This document shows, piece after piece, positions 1-9,567 of a stretch of DNA of 58,099 nt (position 1 is the stretch's first letter; each line of letters opens with the position of its first letter). A model generated the notes under the pieces. That model had not been told where the DNA came from, made no database searches, and worked only from the letters and a program-made list of their open reading frames with translations. The position numbers and the translations under genes were made by a program. This stretch comes from a bacterium (lineage in GTDB: Bacteria; Desulfobacterota; JADFVX01). The DNA lies in contig JAVVFD010000003.1 in assembly GCA_032250935.1 (NCBI GenBank), positions 1 to 58,099 on the forward strand. Reading direction: 5' to 3'.

Positions 1-2
1 GA

Positions 3-31
3 TTGACATCCGGAAGATCTGTAACTATATT
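3..31 (+). promoter_or_regulatory. sigma70-type promoter of clpB
   Basis: TTGACA (3-8), 17-nt spacer, TATATT (26-31); GGAGAG RBS just before ATG 70. Confidence 0.65.
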
Positions 32-69
32 AAATTTAATAGATATGCCTTTAAGCAATTGGAGAGATT

Positions 70-2667
70 ATGAGATTCGACAAATTTACCGTAAAGTCAC
101 AGGAGGCGATTGCCGAGGCCCAGGCTATTGCTCAAAAAAGAAATCAGCAGCAGATAGAGGTAGAACATCTGCTGCTGGCGCTTCTTGATCAGCCGGAGGG
201 AATCATTGTCCCCATACTGAAAAAAATAGGGGTAGACCCGGCCGAGCTCAGAGGGAAGACGGGCGCGGCTCTCGATAAAATACCGAAGGTTTACGGCGAG
301 CCGGGTGGACAGGTCTACCTTTCACCGGCGCTTAACCGCGTCCTTATGAAGGCCCAGGAAGAGGCGGACAAGCTGAAAGACGAATACGTCAGCACGGAGC
401 ATGTCTTCATTGCCATCCTGGAAGAGAAGGATAGCGCCGCATCTGCCATCCTGGCCAAAAGCGGCATATCAAGAAATGATATCTTTAAAACGCTAAAGGA
501 GATAAGGGGGAGCCAGAGGGTGACAGACCAGAACCCGGAAGGGAAATACCAGGCGCTTGAAAAATATGCCAGGGATCTTATTGACCTTGCCAGGCGGGGC
601 AAGCTCGATCCCGTAATAGGGAGAGACGAAGAGGTAAGGCGGGTTATTCAGGTCCTGTCGAGGAGGACGAAGAACAACCCTGTCCTGATAGGGGAGCCGG
701 GCGTCGGAAAGACAGCCATAGCCGAGGGGCTTGCACAGAGGATAGTCTCGGGCGACATACCGGAGACGCTGAAAAACAAGAAGATAGTCGCCCTCGATAT
801 GGGGGCGCTCATAGCGGGCGCCAAGTTTCGCGGCGAGTTTGAAGAGAGGCTCAAAGCGGTTCTAGGGGAGATAGCCGAGGCGGACGGAGAGATCATCCTC
901 TTTATAGACGAGCTCCATACACTGGTAGGCGCCGGCGCCGCGGAGGGCGCCATGGACGCATCCAATATGCTAAAGCCCGCTCTTGCAAGGGGAGAGCTGA
1001 GGTGCGTGGGGGCCACTACGCTGGATGAGTACAGGAAGCATATAGAGAAGGACGCCGCACTGGAGAGGAGGTTCCAGCCCGTCTATGTGGGTGAACCTGA
1101 CGTGGAGGATAGCATCGCCATTTTAAGGGGACTAAAGGAGAGGTACGAAGTGCATCACGGCGTTCGAATCAAAGACAGCGCCATCGTCGCAGCTGCGACC
1201 CTGTCCAACCGATACATTACGGACCGTTTCCTGCCCGACAAGGCGATAGACCTTATTGATGAAGCGGCATCGAGAATGAGGATAGAGATAGATTCACTAC
1301 CTACGGAGATAGACGAGGTGGAGAGGAAGATTATCCAGCACCAGATAGAGAGGGAGGCGCTTAAAAAAGAGAAGGATGCCTCATCAAAGGAGCGGCTTGC
1401 CTCTATCGACAAGGAACTGGCAGGGCTGAAGGAAAAAAGCGACTCTATGAAGGCCCATTGGATGGCGGAAAAAGATGCCATCCAGAAGATAAGGGACATT
1501 AAGGAAAGGACGGAAGAGACCAAAAATGAGGCGGCAAAGGCCGAAAGAGAAGGGAGACTCGAAAAAGCGGCCGAGCTGAAATACGGGACTCTCATGGAAC
1601 TTGAAAGGGAGCTCAAGGAAAGCAAGGTCAGGCTTGAATCTCTTCAGGAGGAAAAGAAGATGCTCTCCGAGGAGGTGGGCGACGAGGAGATAGCCGAGAT
1701 AGTCTCCAGGTGGACCGGTGTGCCTGTATCCAGGATGATGGAGGGGGAGGTGGATAAGCTACTCCGCACGGAAGAGAATTTGCAGAAAAGGGTCGTCGGC
1801 CAGGATGAGGCGATCTTCGCCGTGGCCAATGCGGTGAGACGCTCCAGGGCGGGACTTCAGGACCCCAACCGGCCCATAGGCTCATTCATATTCATGGGGC
1901 CAACAGGCGTGGGAAAGACGGAACTTGCCCGCGCGCTGGCCGAATTCATATTCGATGATGAGCAGGCCATGATCAGGATAGATATGAGTGAGTATATGGA
2001 AAAGCATACTGTCTCAAGACTCATCGGCGCGCCTCCCGGCTATGTCGGCTACGATGAGGGGGGGCAGCTTACAGAGGCGGTGAGGCGAAGGCCCTATTCG
2101 GTCATCCTCTTTGACGAGATTGAAAAGGCGCACAGCGATGTCTTCAACGTACTCCTCCAGGTACTTGACGACGGCCGCCTTACCGACGGGCAGGGAAGGA
2201 CGGTGGATTTCAGAAATTCAATACTTATCATGACATCCAATGTAGGGAGCAGTCACATCCAGGACCTTGGGGAGAAAGATTACGAAGAGATGAAGAGGCT
2301 TGTCTGGGCGGAGTTGCAGGCGCAGTTTAAGCCTGAATTCATAAACAGGGTGGATGATGTAATAATATTCCATTCCTTAAGCCTTGAGCATATAAAGATA
2401 ATTATAGATATTCAGCTGGAAAGGCTCAAAAAACTGCTTGCCGACAGGAAGCTGACCCTGGAACTTTCCGATGCCGCCAAGGAAAAGCTGGCCGAGGTCG
2501 GTTTCGACCCCCACTTCGGTGCAAGGCCGCTCAAAAGGGCGCTGCAGCAGGAGATACAAAACCCCCTCTCCATGGAGATACTCTCGGGCAGCTTCAGCGA
2601 AGGAGACACCATTATGGCAGACCTTGGAGAGGAGGAAGGGAAGCTGCTCAAGTTCACCAGGAAGTAA
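70..2667 (+). CDS. clpB: ATP-dependent chaperone/disaggregase ClpB
   Basis: 865 aa; N-terminal Clp repeats, two AAA+ modules ([16 protein letters not shown]), coiled-coil middle domain, GAPPGYVGY pore loop. Confidence 0.98.
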   Translation: MRFDKFTVKSQEAIAEAQAIAQKRNQQQIEVEHLLLALLDQPEGIIVPILKKIGVDPAELRGKTGAALDKIPKVYGEPGGQVYLSPALNRVLMKAQEEADKLKDEYVSTEHVFIAILEEKDSAASAILAKSGISRNDIFKTLKEIRGSQRVTDQNPEGKYQALEKYARDLIDLARRGKLDPVIGRDEEVRRVIQVLSRRTKNNPVLIGEPGVGKTAIAEGLAQRIVSGDIPETLKNKKIVALDMGALIAGAKFRGEFEERLKAVLGEIAEADGEIILFIDELHTLVGAGAAEGAMDASNMLKPALARGELRCVGATTLDEYRKHIEKDAALERRFQPVYVGEPDVEDSIAILRGLKERYEVHHGVRIKDSAIVAAATLSNRYITDRFLPDKAIDLIDEAASRMRIEIDSLPTEIDEVERKIIQHQIEREALKKEKDASSKERLASIDKELAGLKEKSDSMKAHWMAEKDAIQKIRDIKERTEETKNEAAKAEREGRLEKAAELKYGTLMELERELKESKVRLESLQEEKKMLSEEVGDEEIAEIVSRWTGVPVSRMMEGEVDKLLRTEENLQKRVVGQDEAIFAVANAVRRSRAGLQDPNRPIGSFIFMGPTGVGKTELARALAEFIFDDEQAMIRIDMSEYMEKHTVSRLIGAPPGYVGYDEGGQLTEAVRRRPYSVILFDEIEKAHSDVFNVLLQVLDDGRLTDGQGRTVDFRNSILIMTSNVGSSHIQDLGEKDYEEMKRLVWAELQAQFKPEFINRVDDVIIFHSLSLEHIKIIIDIQLERLKKLLADRKLTLELSDAAKEKLAEVGFDPHFGARPLKRALQQEIQNPLSMEILSGSFSEGDTIMADLGEEEGKLLKFTRK

Positions 2668-3185
2668 GATGTAGGTCCTCACAGAGGACTCCCTCATATG
2701 CCTGTATAAAAAAGACCAAGGGACATTATGGGCTGCCGGCTTCTCTTCCCGTCTATTTATAAGCGCCGTTATCGGGTGCTCCCCAAAAGAGGCAGCGTAT
2801 TCGCCCACGGATAGGCTGCCTACAGGCCATTGCAGTGATGTTTATTTAACTGCCGCTATATGCGGCGTGATATCGGACCGCTCTCTATCCCCCTTCAGAA
2901 AAATCTCGCCCCAATATACCCTTTCAGGATTAAGAACCTCTGATAGCAGGCTCTTTGTCCTTCATCGGCAGCTTATCGCTTTGTGTATTATGAGCCTTAA
3001 ATGTAGGACAAATTCCTATATTAAAATAGGAAGTAAGCCGATATTTATTATGGACTGCTCTTGATATAGTAGCCACCATCAGGGATATAAGACAGGCGGA
3101 GCTCAGCGGAAGGCGGAAGCTTTTCAACATCAGGATGTTTCTCGATCTGCCCCCAAGGTAAAAATTTAATTATTAACCGATAATT

Positions 3186-3548
3186 ATGAATAAAAAGACC
3201 GTTCTTGTCGTTGATGATGAGGCTGAGATTCTGGAAGCGCTGGTATTCTCGCTTAAAAAATATTTCAGGGTACTCAAGGCGTCAAACGGTAAAGAGGCCT
3301 GGGACCTTTTGAGGGTGTGGAAGGTAGATTGTCTTGTAACCGATATAGATATTCCTGGAATAAACGGCGCCAAACTTATCGAGATGATAAAGGCATCCAC
3401 TTATTCCTCTCAGGCTATAGTTATGACGGGAAGTTATTCCGAGGAAACAATAATGAGTTTTAAAGCGCTCGGTGTAAGCAATTTCTTTTTTAAACCTTTT
3501 TCTGCCAGAGACATTAGGGAAAGAATAGAGACGTTAATAGGAGAATAA
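3186..3548 (+). CDS. single-domain response regulator (receiver, CheY-like)
   Basis: VLVVDD acidic pocket, LVTDIDIPG phosphoacceptor Asp, VMTG, FKPF; no output domain. Confidence 0.88.
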   Translation: MNKKTVLVVDDEAEILEALVFSLKKYFRVLKASNGKEAWDLLRVWKVDCLVTDIDIPGINGAKLIEMIKASTYSSQAIVMTGSYSEETIMSFKALGVSNFFFKPFSARDIRERIETLIGE

Positions 3549-3595
3549 GCGAAATGAAGGTTGATAAACAGGAGATTAAAGGGGGAGGTAATAAG

Positions 3596-3796
3596 ATGCT
3601 AAACAGCGAAGCGGATATCAGGGAAATAAAGGAGTGTCATGAGCCTTATGTGAAAGTAAGTGGAAATAGAGAATTATCAAATTATATAAGAAATTCCCTG
3701 ACAAGGCTGGATATGTTGATTTATCTAGATAGAAAAGATGAAGCCCAGGCGGAAATACAAGCGATTTCCGATAAGTTAGAAAAAATGGGTATTTAA
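3596..3796 (+). CDS. small helical hypothetical protein resembling a Spo0B/SPOB_a helical hairpin without the His
   Basis: GGAGGT RBS (3584-3589) before ATG 3596, in frame with ORF 3554..3796; lies between two receiver genes; C-terminal SNYIRNSLTRLDMLIYLDRKDEAQAEI. Confidence 0.65.
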   Translation: MLNSEADIREIKECHEPYVKVSGNRELSNYIRNSLTRLDMLIYLDRKDEAQAEIQAISDKLEKMGI

Positions 3797-3843
3797 AGAG
3801 CAGGTTTACCGGAACATATATATAGAAGGCAAAGGAAATTTTT

Positions 3844-4230
3844 ATGCGCTGTACAGCCCTTATAGTCGATGATGATGAAAAGATAAGAAAGATGCTCCAG
3901 TTTCTGCTGATGGCCAAAGGATATAAGGTCGAGCTTGCAACCGATGGCATAAGCGGACTGGAAGCCTTTAAGAATATGAAGCCTGATATAGTATTGCTTG
4001 ACCTTATGATGCCGGAGATGAACGGTTTTGAATTTTATAAAAGAGCAAAAGAAGATTCCTGCATTAAAGACATACCTATATTGATTCTTACGGCAAACCT
4101 GTCGAATGAAGTAAACAGGGAGCTTGACGCCCTTGGCGCTGAAAACCGCATGGCAAAACCTTTTAAATCGGCCAAGTTGCTGGCTGCGCTTGATACGGCG
4201 CTAGATGGTAAAGGCAAAGGCGTTCATTGA
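3844..4230 (+). CDS. single-domain response regulator (receiver)
   Basis: LIVDDD, VLLDLMMPEMNG, ILTA, AKPF motifs; no output domain. Confidence 0.92.
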   Translation: MRCTALIVDDDEKIRKMLQFLLMAKGYKVELATDGISGLEAFKNMKPDIVLLDLMMPEMNGFEFYKRAKEDSCIKDIPILILTANLSNEVNRELDALGAENRMAKPFKSAKLLAALDTALDGKGKGVH

Positions 4231-4288
4231 TATTCCTTTTTATTTTATTAAATAAGGGGCAAGAGCGCTGAAAAAAAGGTGAGATAAT

Positions 4289-4654
4289 ATGAAAACAGTT
4301 CTTGCGGTTGATGATTCCAGCACCATGAGAATGGCTGTTTCAATGGTTCTTAAAAGTATGGGCTACGATGTCATGACAGCCAACGATGGTCGAGAAGCCC
4401 TTGAGAAGATGCGTAACAATAGAAGATTCAACCTCATAATCACCGATATTAATATGCCTAATATGGACGGTCTTTCCCTAATAAAAGAGGCAAGAAAAAT
4501 GGTGAGATATGATTCAACTCCCATACTTATCCTTACGACTGAAGGCGATAATGAAAAAAAAGAGGCGGGCAGGGCGGCAGGCGCCAATGACTGGATAAAA
4601 AAGCCCTTCAAACCGCAAAAGCTCATCGACACTATTAAAAAGGTTGAGGGGTAA
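4289..4654 (+). CDS. cheY: chemotaxis response regulator CheY
   Basis: LAVDDS, IITDINMPNMDG, ILTTE, WIKKPF; directly upstream of cheW and the chemoreceptor. Confidence 0.85.
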   Translation: MKTVLAVDDSSTMRMAVSMVLKSMGYDVMTANDGREALEKMRNNRRFNLIITDINMPNMDGLSLIKEARKMVRYDSTPILILTTEGDNEKKEAGRAAGANDWIKKPFKPQKLIDTIKKVEG

Positions 4655-4763
4655 ATTTTTTATGTGAAAAACTCTTATTTGGCAAAGAGGCATCTTGAAT
4701 TGTTGCTGGTAAATTTATGGTTATGCATTTAAAGCAGCATAAATAATAAAAGGAGAGAGGCTT

Positions 4764-5282
4764 ATGGCAGAAGCGGCAGAAGCGGCAAGTGGAGTTGATG
4801 GGGGGAAGTTTCTCACCTTTTTACTCCAGGAAGAAGAGTACGGGCTTGAAATTCTAAAGGTCCGTGAGATTATGGGACTAATGGATATTACCACCGTCCC
4901 CCAGACTCCGAATTATGTGAGAGGAGTTATTAACCTGCGGGGGCAGGTTATACCAGTTGTCGACCTTCGTCTCAAGTTCGGCATGAAGGAGGGGGGTGAC
5001 GATAAAAGGACCTGCATCATAGTAGTTGCCGTGGGAGGGACCATGATGGGGATAGTCGTCGACACCGTCTCCGAGGTCATGGATATTAATGGAGCCAGCA
5101 TCGAGCAGACCCCGTCATTCGGGACCAAACTCAACACCGATTACATCCTCGGCATGGGCAAGGTGAACAACGGCGTAAAGATCCTTCTTGATATCGACAA
5201 GGTGCTTACTTCCGATGACCTTGTAATACTTGAAGAGATCCAATCGACAAATAAACAGAAAAATAAAACGGAGGTTAACTGA
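4764..5282 (+). CDS. cheW: chemotaxis coupling protein CheW
   Basis: [46 protein letters not shown]. Confidence 0.96.
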   Translation: MAEAAEAASGVDGGKFLTFLLQEEEYGLEILKVREIMGLMDITTVPQTPNYVRGVINLRGQVIPVVDLRLKFGMKEGGDDKRTCIIVVAVGGTMMGIVVDTVSEVMDINGASIEQTPSFGTKLNTDYILGMGKVNNGVKILLDIDKVLTSDDLVILEEIQSTNKQKNKTEVN

Positions 5283-8080
5283 TGTTTAAAAATATGAAAC
5301 TGGGGACAAAGCTGATTTTATCATTTCTCGCTGTGGGCCTTATCCCCTTTGCGGTGATCGGACTGACAGCGTTAAGTAAATCGAGCAATGCGCTCTCCCT
5401 CCAGGCATTCAATCAACTGGAGGCGGTGAGGGAGATAAAAAAGAAGCAGATAGAAACATTTTTCGGTGAGAGAAAAGGTGATATGGGCGTTCTCATGGAA
5501 ACTGTAGCAGCAATCCGTTATGAGGCCTTCAATAAACTCATTTCCGTTCGTGACATAAAAAAGAGCCAGATAGAGAGTTACTTCAGCGAGCGTTTCGGAG
5601 ATCTCTCCGTTGCTTCCACGAATGATACAATTTTAAATGCCATGGATGCATTCGAAGTAGCCTTCATGGAAGAAGGCGGAAAAGCAGGCGGCCCAAAATG
5701 GAAGGCTGTCGAAAGAAAATTTGGTAAATGGCTGACGCAATACCAGAAAGAGTACGGTTATTATGACCTCTTCCTCATTGCAGATGACGGCGATGTCGTT
5801 TATTCGGCGGCAAAAGAGTCTGATCTCGGTGAAAATCTAGTGAGTGGGCAGCTGAGTTCTAGTCCCCTTGGAAAACTCTTTGGTAAGGCGCGCAGGGCAG
5901 AGGCGATACAGGACTTTGAACCTTATGCACCGAGCAACGGCGAACCTGCAGCATTTATAGGGAGGCCTATAAAGAAAGGCGGCAAAACTATCGGTGTTAT
6001 GGCACTGCAACTTTCAACCGATCAGATCAACAAGATCATGATGGAACGCGCAGGGATGGGTAAGACGGGCGAGAGTTATCTCATCGCTTCAGATAAGTTG
6101 ATGAGATCAGACTCCTTTCTTGATCCGATCAACCACACTATAAAGGCATCTTTTGCAAAACCAGACAAGGGGAGTGTAGATACAGAGGCGGCCAGTGATG
6201 CGCTGGCCGGCAAGACCGGTACGGATATAATCATCGATTACAAAGGGAATCCTGTCCTTTCCGCCTATGCGCCTCTCGATATCCAAGGTATGCACTGGGC
6301 TATATTAAGTGAAATTGACGTTGCCGAGGCGTTCAGCCCAGTTGACGAGAAGGGGAGCGAGTATTACGCCAAATATATAGATAAATACGGCTATTACGAT
6401 CTTTTCCTCATGACAGAGGATGGTTATGTCTATTATACGGTAAATCAAGAGTCGGACTACCAGACCAACATAGTGAGCGGCAAGTACAGTTCATCCAACC
6501 TCGGCAAGCTTACGCGCCAGGTTATAAGTTCAAAAGATTTTGGTTTTGCAGACTTTGCACCTTACGCTCCCACTAACGGAGAGCCTGCGGCCTTTATTGC
6601 GCAGCCTGTGGTAGACAAAAGAGACGGTGATATTGAAACTGTGGTAGCGCTTCAGCTTTCCCTAGGTGCGATCAATGCCATTATGACCGAGAGAAGCGGC
6701 ATGGGTAAAACGGGAGAGACCTACCTCGTCGGTCAGGACAAACTGATGCGTTCAGACTCCTTCCTTGACTCTGTTAACCATTCCGTAAAGGCATCATTCG
6801 CAAATCCTTCAAAGGGTAGCGTTGATACTGAAGCTGCAAGCGAAGCGTTGGCGGGACGCAGCGACGCAAAAATCATTACAGACTATAACGGCAACTCTGT
6901 TCTTTCTGCCTACACGCCTGTAAAGGTATTTGATGTAACTTGGGGTCTGCTGGCCGAGATCGATGAGGCCGAGGCCTTTGCCTCAGTTAAGGCGATCCAG
7001 TGGATTATTGTGGTTGTGGGGCTAATAGGTCTGGGCGCTATTATTGCGGTAGCGCTAATTATCACCAGGTCTATAGCAAATCCTATAAACAAGGCTATAG
7101 ATGAGATCAATGACGGCGCGGAGCAGGTAGCTTCGGCCTCTACGGAGATATCTTCTTCCAGTCAGGCGCTGGCAGAAGGCGCAACGGAGCAGGCGGCATC
7201 ACTGGAAGAGACCTCATCTTCCCTTGAAGAGATGTCTTCTACAGTTCAGCAGAATGCCGACAATGCCGGTCAGGCACAGCAGCTCTCTACCGTTGCCAAG
7301 GATACTGCTGTAAAGGGCGCAGATTCCGTATCCAAGATGATAGCCGCTGTAAATGAAATTAACGCCAGCAGCGTCGAGGTCTCCAAGATTATTAAGGTCA
7401 TTGACGAGATTGCCTTCCAGACAAACCTCCTCGCCCTCAATGCCGCCGTCGAGGCGGCAAGGGCAGGCGAGCACGGGAAAGGTTTTGCTGTTGTTGCCGA
7501 AGAGGTAAGGAACCTGGCCGGAAGGAGCGCAGAGGCTGCCAAGACAACATCCGGTCTTATAGAAGACAGCACGGCCAAGGCGAAGCTCGGAAGCGAACTT
7601 GCTGCAGAGTCAGGACAGGTTCTCAATGAAATCGTTACCAACGCAACCAAGGCATCCGATTTGATCTCTGAAATCGCCGCAGCTTCAAGGGAGCAGGCGG
7701 AAGGGATCAACCAGGTGACCAAGGCGGTTACTCAGATGGACCAGGTAACACAGCAAAACTCGGCATATTCCGAAGAGACCGCTTCGGCCAGTGAGGAGCT
7801 TTCTGCCCAGGCTGAAAACCTGAAGGATATTGTTACCAGCCTTGTTGAAATCGTCGGTGGAAGTGAAGACAGGAGAGCTGAACCTGGCATTAAGCCTGCC
7901 CAGAAATTAACAGCCGTAAAAAAGACAGTCGCCAATAAAACAGATGGCGTTTCAGGCATGGTGCGCAACATACTTCATACGAAGGCGGCAGCGCCTGCTA
8001 AAAGCCCTGCATCTGCAACAAAGATGGTCAATCCAAATGAGGTGATCCCCATGGATGAGGAAGAGTTCAGGGAGTTTTAA
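5282..8080 (+). CDS. methyl-accepting chemotaxis protein with a duplicated (two-dCache) periplasmic sensor
   Basis: TM1, ~540-aa periplasmic region with two copies of a dCache body, TM2, MA domain with [31 protein letters not shown]-terminal pentapeptide EFREF; start overlaps the cheW stop. Confidence 0.96.
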   Translation: MFKNMKLGTKLILSFLAVGLIPFAVIGLTALSKSSNALSLQAFNQLEAVREIKKKQIETFFGERKGDMGVLMETVAAIRYEAFNKLISVRDIKKSQIESYFSERFGDLSVASTNDTILNAMDAFEVAFMEEGGKAGGPKWKAVERKFGKWLTQYQKEYGYYDLFLIADDGDVVYSAAKESDLGENLVSGQLSSSPLGKLFGKARRAEAIQDFEPYAPSNGEPAAFIGRPIKKGGKTIGVMALQLSTDQINKIMMERAGMGKTGESYLIASDKLMRSDSFLDPINHTIKASFAKPDKGSVDTEAASDALAGKTGTDIIIDYKGNPVLSAYAPLDIQGMHWAILSEIDVAEAFSPVDEKGSEYYAKYIDKYGYYDLFLMTEDGYVYYTVNQESDYQTNIVSGKYSSSNLGKLTRQVISSKDFGFADFAPYAPTNGEPAAFIAQPVVDKRDGDIETVVALQLSLGAINAIMTERSGMGKTGETYLVGQDKLMRSDSFLDSVNHSVKASFANPSKGSVDTEAASEALAGRSDAKIITDYNGNSVLSAYTPVKVFDVTWGLLAEIDEAEAFASVKAIQWIIVVVGLIGLGAIIAVALIITRSIANPINKAIDEINDGAEQVASASTEISSSSQALAEGATEQAASLEETSSSLEEMSSTVQQNADNAGQAQQLSTVAKDTAVKGADSVSKMIAAVNEINASSVEVSKIIKVIDEIAFQTNLLALNAAVEAARAGEHGKGFAVVAEEVRNLAGRSAEAAKTTSGLIEDSTAKAKLGSELAAESGQVLNEIVTNATKASDLISEIAAASREQAEGINQVTKAVTQMDQVTQQNSAYSEETASASEELSAQAENLKDIVTSLVEIVGGSEDRRAEPGIKPAQKLTAVKKTVANKTDGVSGMVRNILHTKAAAPAKSPASATKMVNPNEVIPMDEEEFREF
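5402..6979 (+). repeat. internal duplication in the chemoreceptor sensor region
   Basis: stalk helix repeated at residues 41 and 81 ([23 protein letters not shown] / [23 protein letters not shown]); dCache body repeated from residues 158 and 369 (YGYYDLFL ... [11 protein letters not shown] ... GMGKTGE.YL ... EID.AEAF). Confidence 0.9.
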
Positions 8081-8102
8081 TCAGTGAATTAGAAATTAGT
8101 TT

Positions 8103-8178
8103 GCGGCGCCTGGCCCACTTGATATTATCGTTTACCCAAACCCGGTAATATCAAACCTCCGCCAGGCGCCGTTTTATT
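8103..8178 (+). terminator. long GC-clamped stem-loop followed by a T-rich run (terminator, attenuator or mRNA-stabilising element)
   Basis: CGGCGCCTGGC (8104-8114) pairs with GCCAGGCGCCG (8161-8171); inner stem TTGATATTATCG/CGGTAATATCAA; followed by TTTTATTT. Confidence 0.6.
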
Positions 8179-8213
8179 TAATGGATAAAATAAAAATAGA
8201 GGCGGAAAGAATA

Positions 8214-9257
8214 ATGAAAATAAGTAGGATCATAAATAAAACTGCTGTTGTTGGCGTTGTTGCGGGCTTGGCGCTTACATTCTCATCGAAGGTAATGGCC
8301 GAAGAGGTCAATGGTCTTAAAATAAGCGGCTTCGTGGATACAAGTTTATATGAAAGCCAGTATGGAGACAGCTCTTTCGGGCTTGACCAGGTAGAGATAG
8401 ATATAGAGAAAAAAATAGATGGCAGCCTTTCTCTGAGGGCAGACATAAATTACATGACAGCCATGAAGGACTATTCTACTGCAGCGGGTCCCGAGGTTGA
8501 AATTCAGCAATTTGATGACCTTGTTGAACAGGCTTATGTCACTTATAATACTAAGGGTATTGACTTGACCTTTGGTAAGTTCAATGCGCCCATAGGGTTT
8601 GAACTTCTTGATCCTGTAGATATGTATCAGTACTCTCATGCCCTGGTATTTGATTACGGTCTTCCCACAAACCTGACTGGCGCCATGGGGTCATATGAGT
8701 TTAATGATATGGCAGATATCAGTCTTTATGTCGTCAACGGCTGGGATAATAACTATGATAATAACAACAGCAGGACTGTTGGCGGGAGATTGGGTCTAAC
8801 ACCTTTCAAGGGCCTTAATATAGGTCTTTCAACTATATCAGGTAAAGAAGGGCCTACGGATGATAAATTGACAGTTGTCGATATGGACCTTACTTTGAAA
8901 ATGGTTGACAAACTCACCATCGGCGCTGAGTATAATTCGGGTAAAGATGAAGGAGGGGCAGCAGCCGGGGAAGACGCAGAGTGGAGCGGATTTATGGTAA
9001 TGGCAAATTATGCGGCCACTAATGATTTAAGTCTTACCCTAAGGTATGACAGCTTTGATGATGAAGACGGGACGAGGTTTAACAGTGGCATGATTGAGAA
9101 AAGAACGGCTTATACCGTTGCAGCGCTATATTCTCTTGGTGAAGGCGCCGGTTTCCTGCTTGAGTACAGGACAGACGAATCGGATGAAAAGGTGTTTGAC
9201 AGCGGAGCAGAAGATTCTGAGGCGAGTTATGCTGCTGAATTTACTTTTTCTTTTTAA
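8214..9257 (+). CDS. outer-membrane beta-barrel porin (putative BBP2/DUF1597-like family)
   Basis: signal peptide ending ...SSKVMA, KISGFVD, VEQAYVTY, GKFNAPIGFE, VNGWDNNYDNN, alternating beta-strands, C-terminal Phe (EFTFSF); ATG 8214 preferred over 8181 because of the AGAGG RBS. Confidence 0.85.
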   Translation: MKISRIINKTAVVGVVAGLALTFSSKVMAEEVNGLKISGFVDTSLYESQYGDSSFGLDQVEIDIEKKIDGSLSLRADINYMTAMKDYSTAAGPEVEIQQFDDLVEQAYVTYNTKGIDLTFGKFNAPIGFELLDPVDMYQYSHALVFDYGLPTNLTGAMGSYEFNDMADISLYVVNGWDNNYDNNNSRTVGGRLGLTPFKGLNIGLSTISGKEGPTDDKLTVVDMDLTLKMVDKLTIGAEYNSGKDEGGAAAGEDAEWSGFMVMANYAATNDLSLTLRYDSFDDEDGTRFNSGMIEKRTAYTVAALYSLGEGAGFLLEYRTDESDEKVFDSGAEDSEASYAAEFTFSF

Positions 9258-9432
9258 GGTTAATTCCGGGAACATACTGCTGGCAGGGGCTATGAGAGTA
9301 TAGCTATTTACATCTACTTTAGCTTTAAAGGTAACTCATGTCGAAGTTGAAACTTTAAGGGTAGATATGGTTGAGAGGCCATCCCTGTTTGAACAAGAAT
9401 TACACACCTCGTTTTTTCTTTTGATACTTATT

Positions 9433-9485
9433 TATGGGACAGCATCCTTCATATCCTGAAGGTACTGTCCCATATCATATTTTAT
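9433..9485 (+). terminator. stem-loop in the porin 3' region, probable terminator
   Basis: TATGGGACAG/CTGTCCCATA outer stem with CCTTCA/TGAAGG inner stem, AT-rich downstream. Confidence 0.5.
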
Positions 9486-9506
9486 TAAAAGCTCTTTTCA
9501 TTTATT

Positions 9507-9535
9507 TTGACATAGGTTAGTAAAAATATTACTTT
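9507..9535 (+). promoter_or_regulatory. sigma70-type promoter of the dCache-CheD lipoprotein gene
   Basis: TTGACA (9507-9512), 17 nt, TACTTT (9530-9535). Confidence 0.5.
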
Positions 9536-9567
9536 AACTCATTAATTTTCAATCAGAATAATTCCAA

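Noticed and set aside
1-69. CIRCE/HrcA operator at clpB
   Set aside because: No TTAGCACTC-N9-GAGTGCTAA in the visible sequence; it could lie upstream of the window
3018-3183. Possible sigma28 promoters (GCCGATAT at 3037-3044, ACCGATAA at 3176-3183) upstream of the chemotaxis genes
   Set aside because: The nearest TAAA is 11 or 13 nt upstream instead of 15, and the second site is too close to the ATG
2668-3185. 518-bp gap after clpB with several short hairpins and short ORFs (2867..3064 +, 2930..3130 -)
   Set aside because: The ORFs lack an RBS and recognisable motifs, and the hairpins match no RNA family I can recognise; left unexplained
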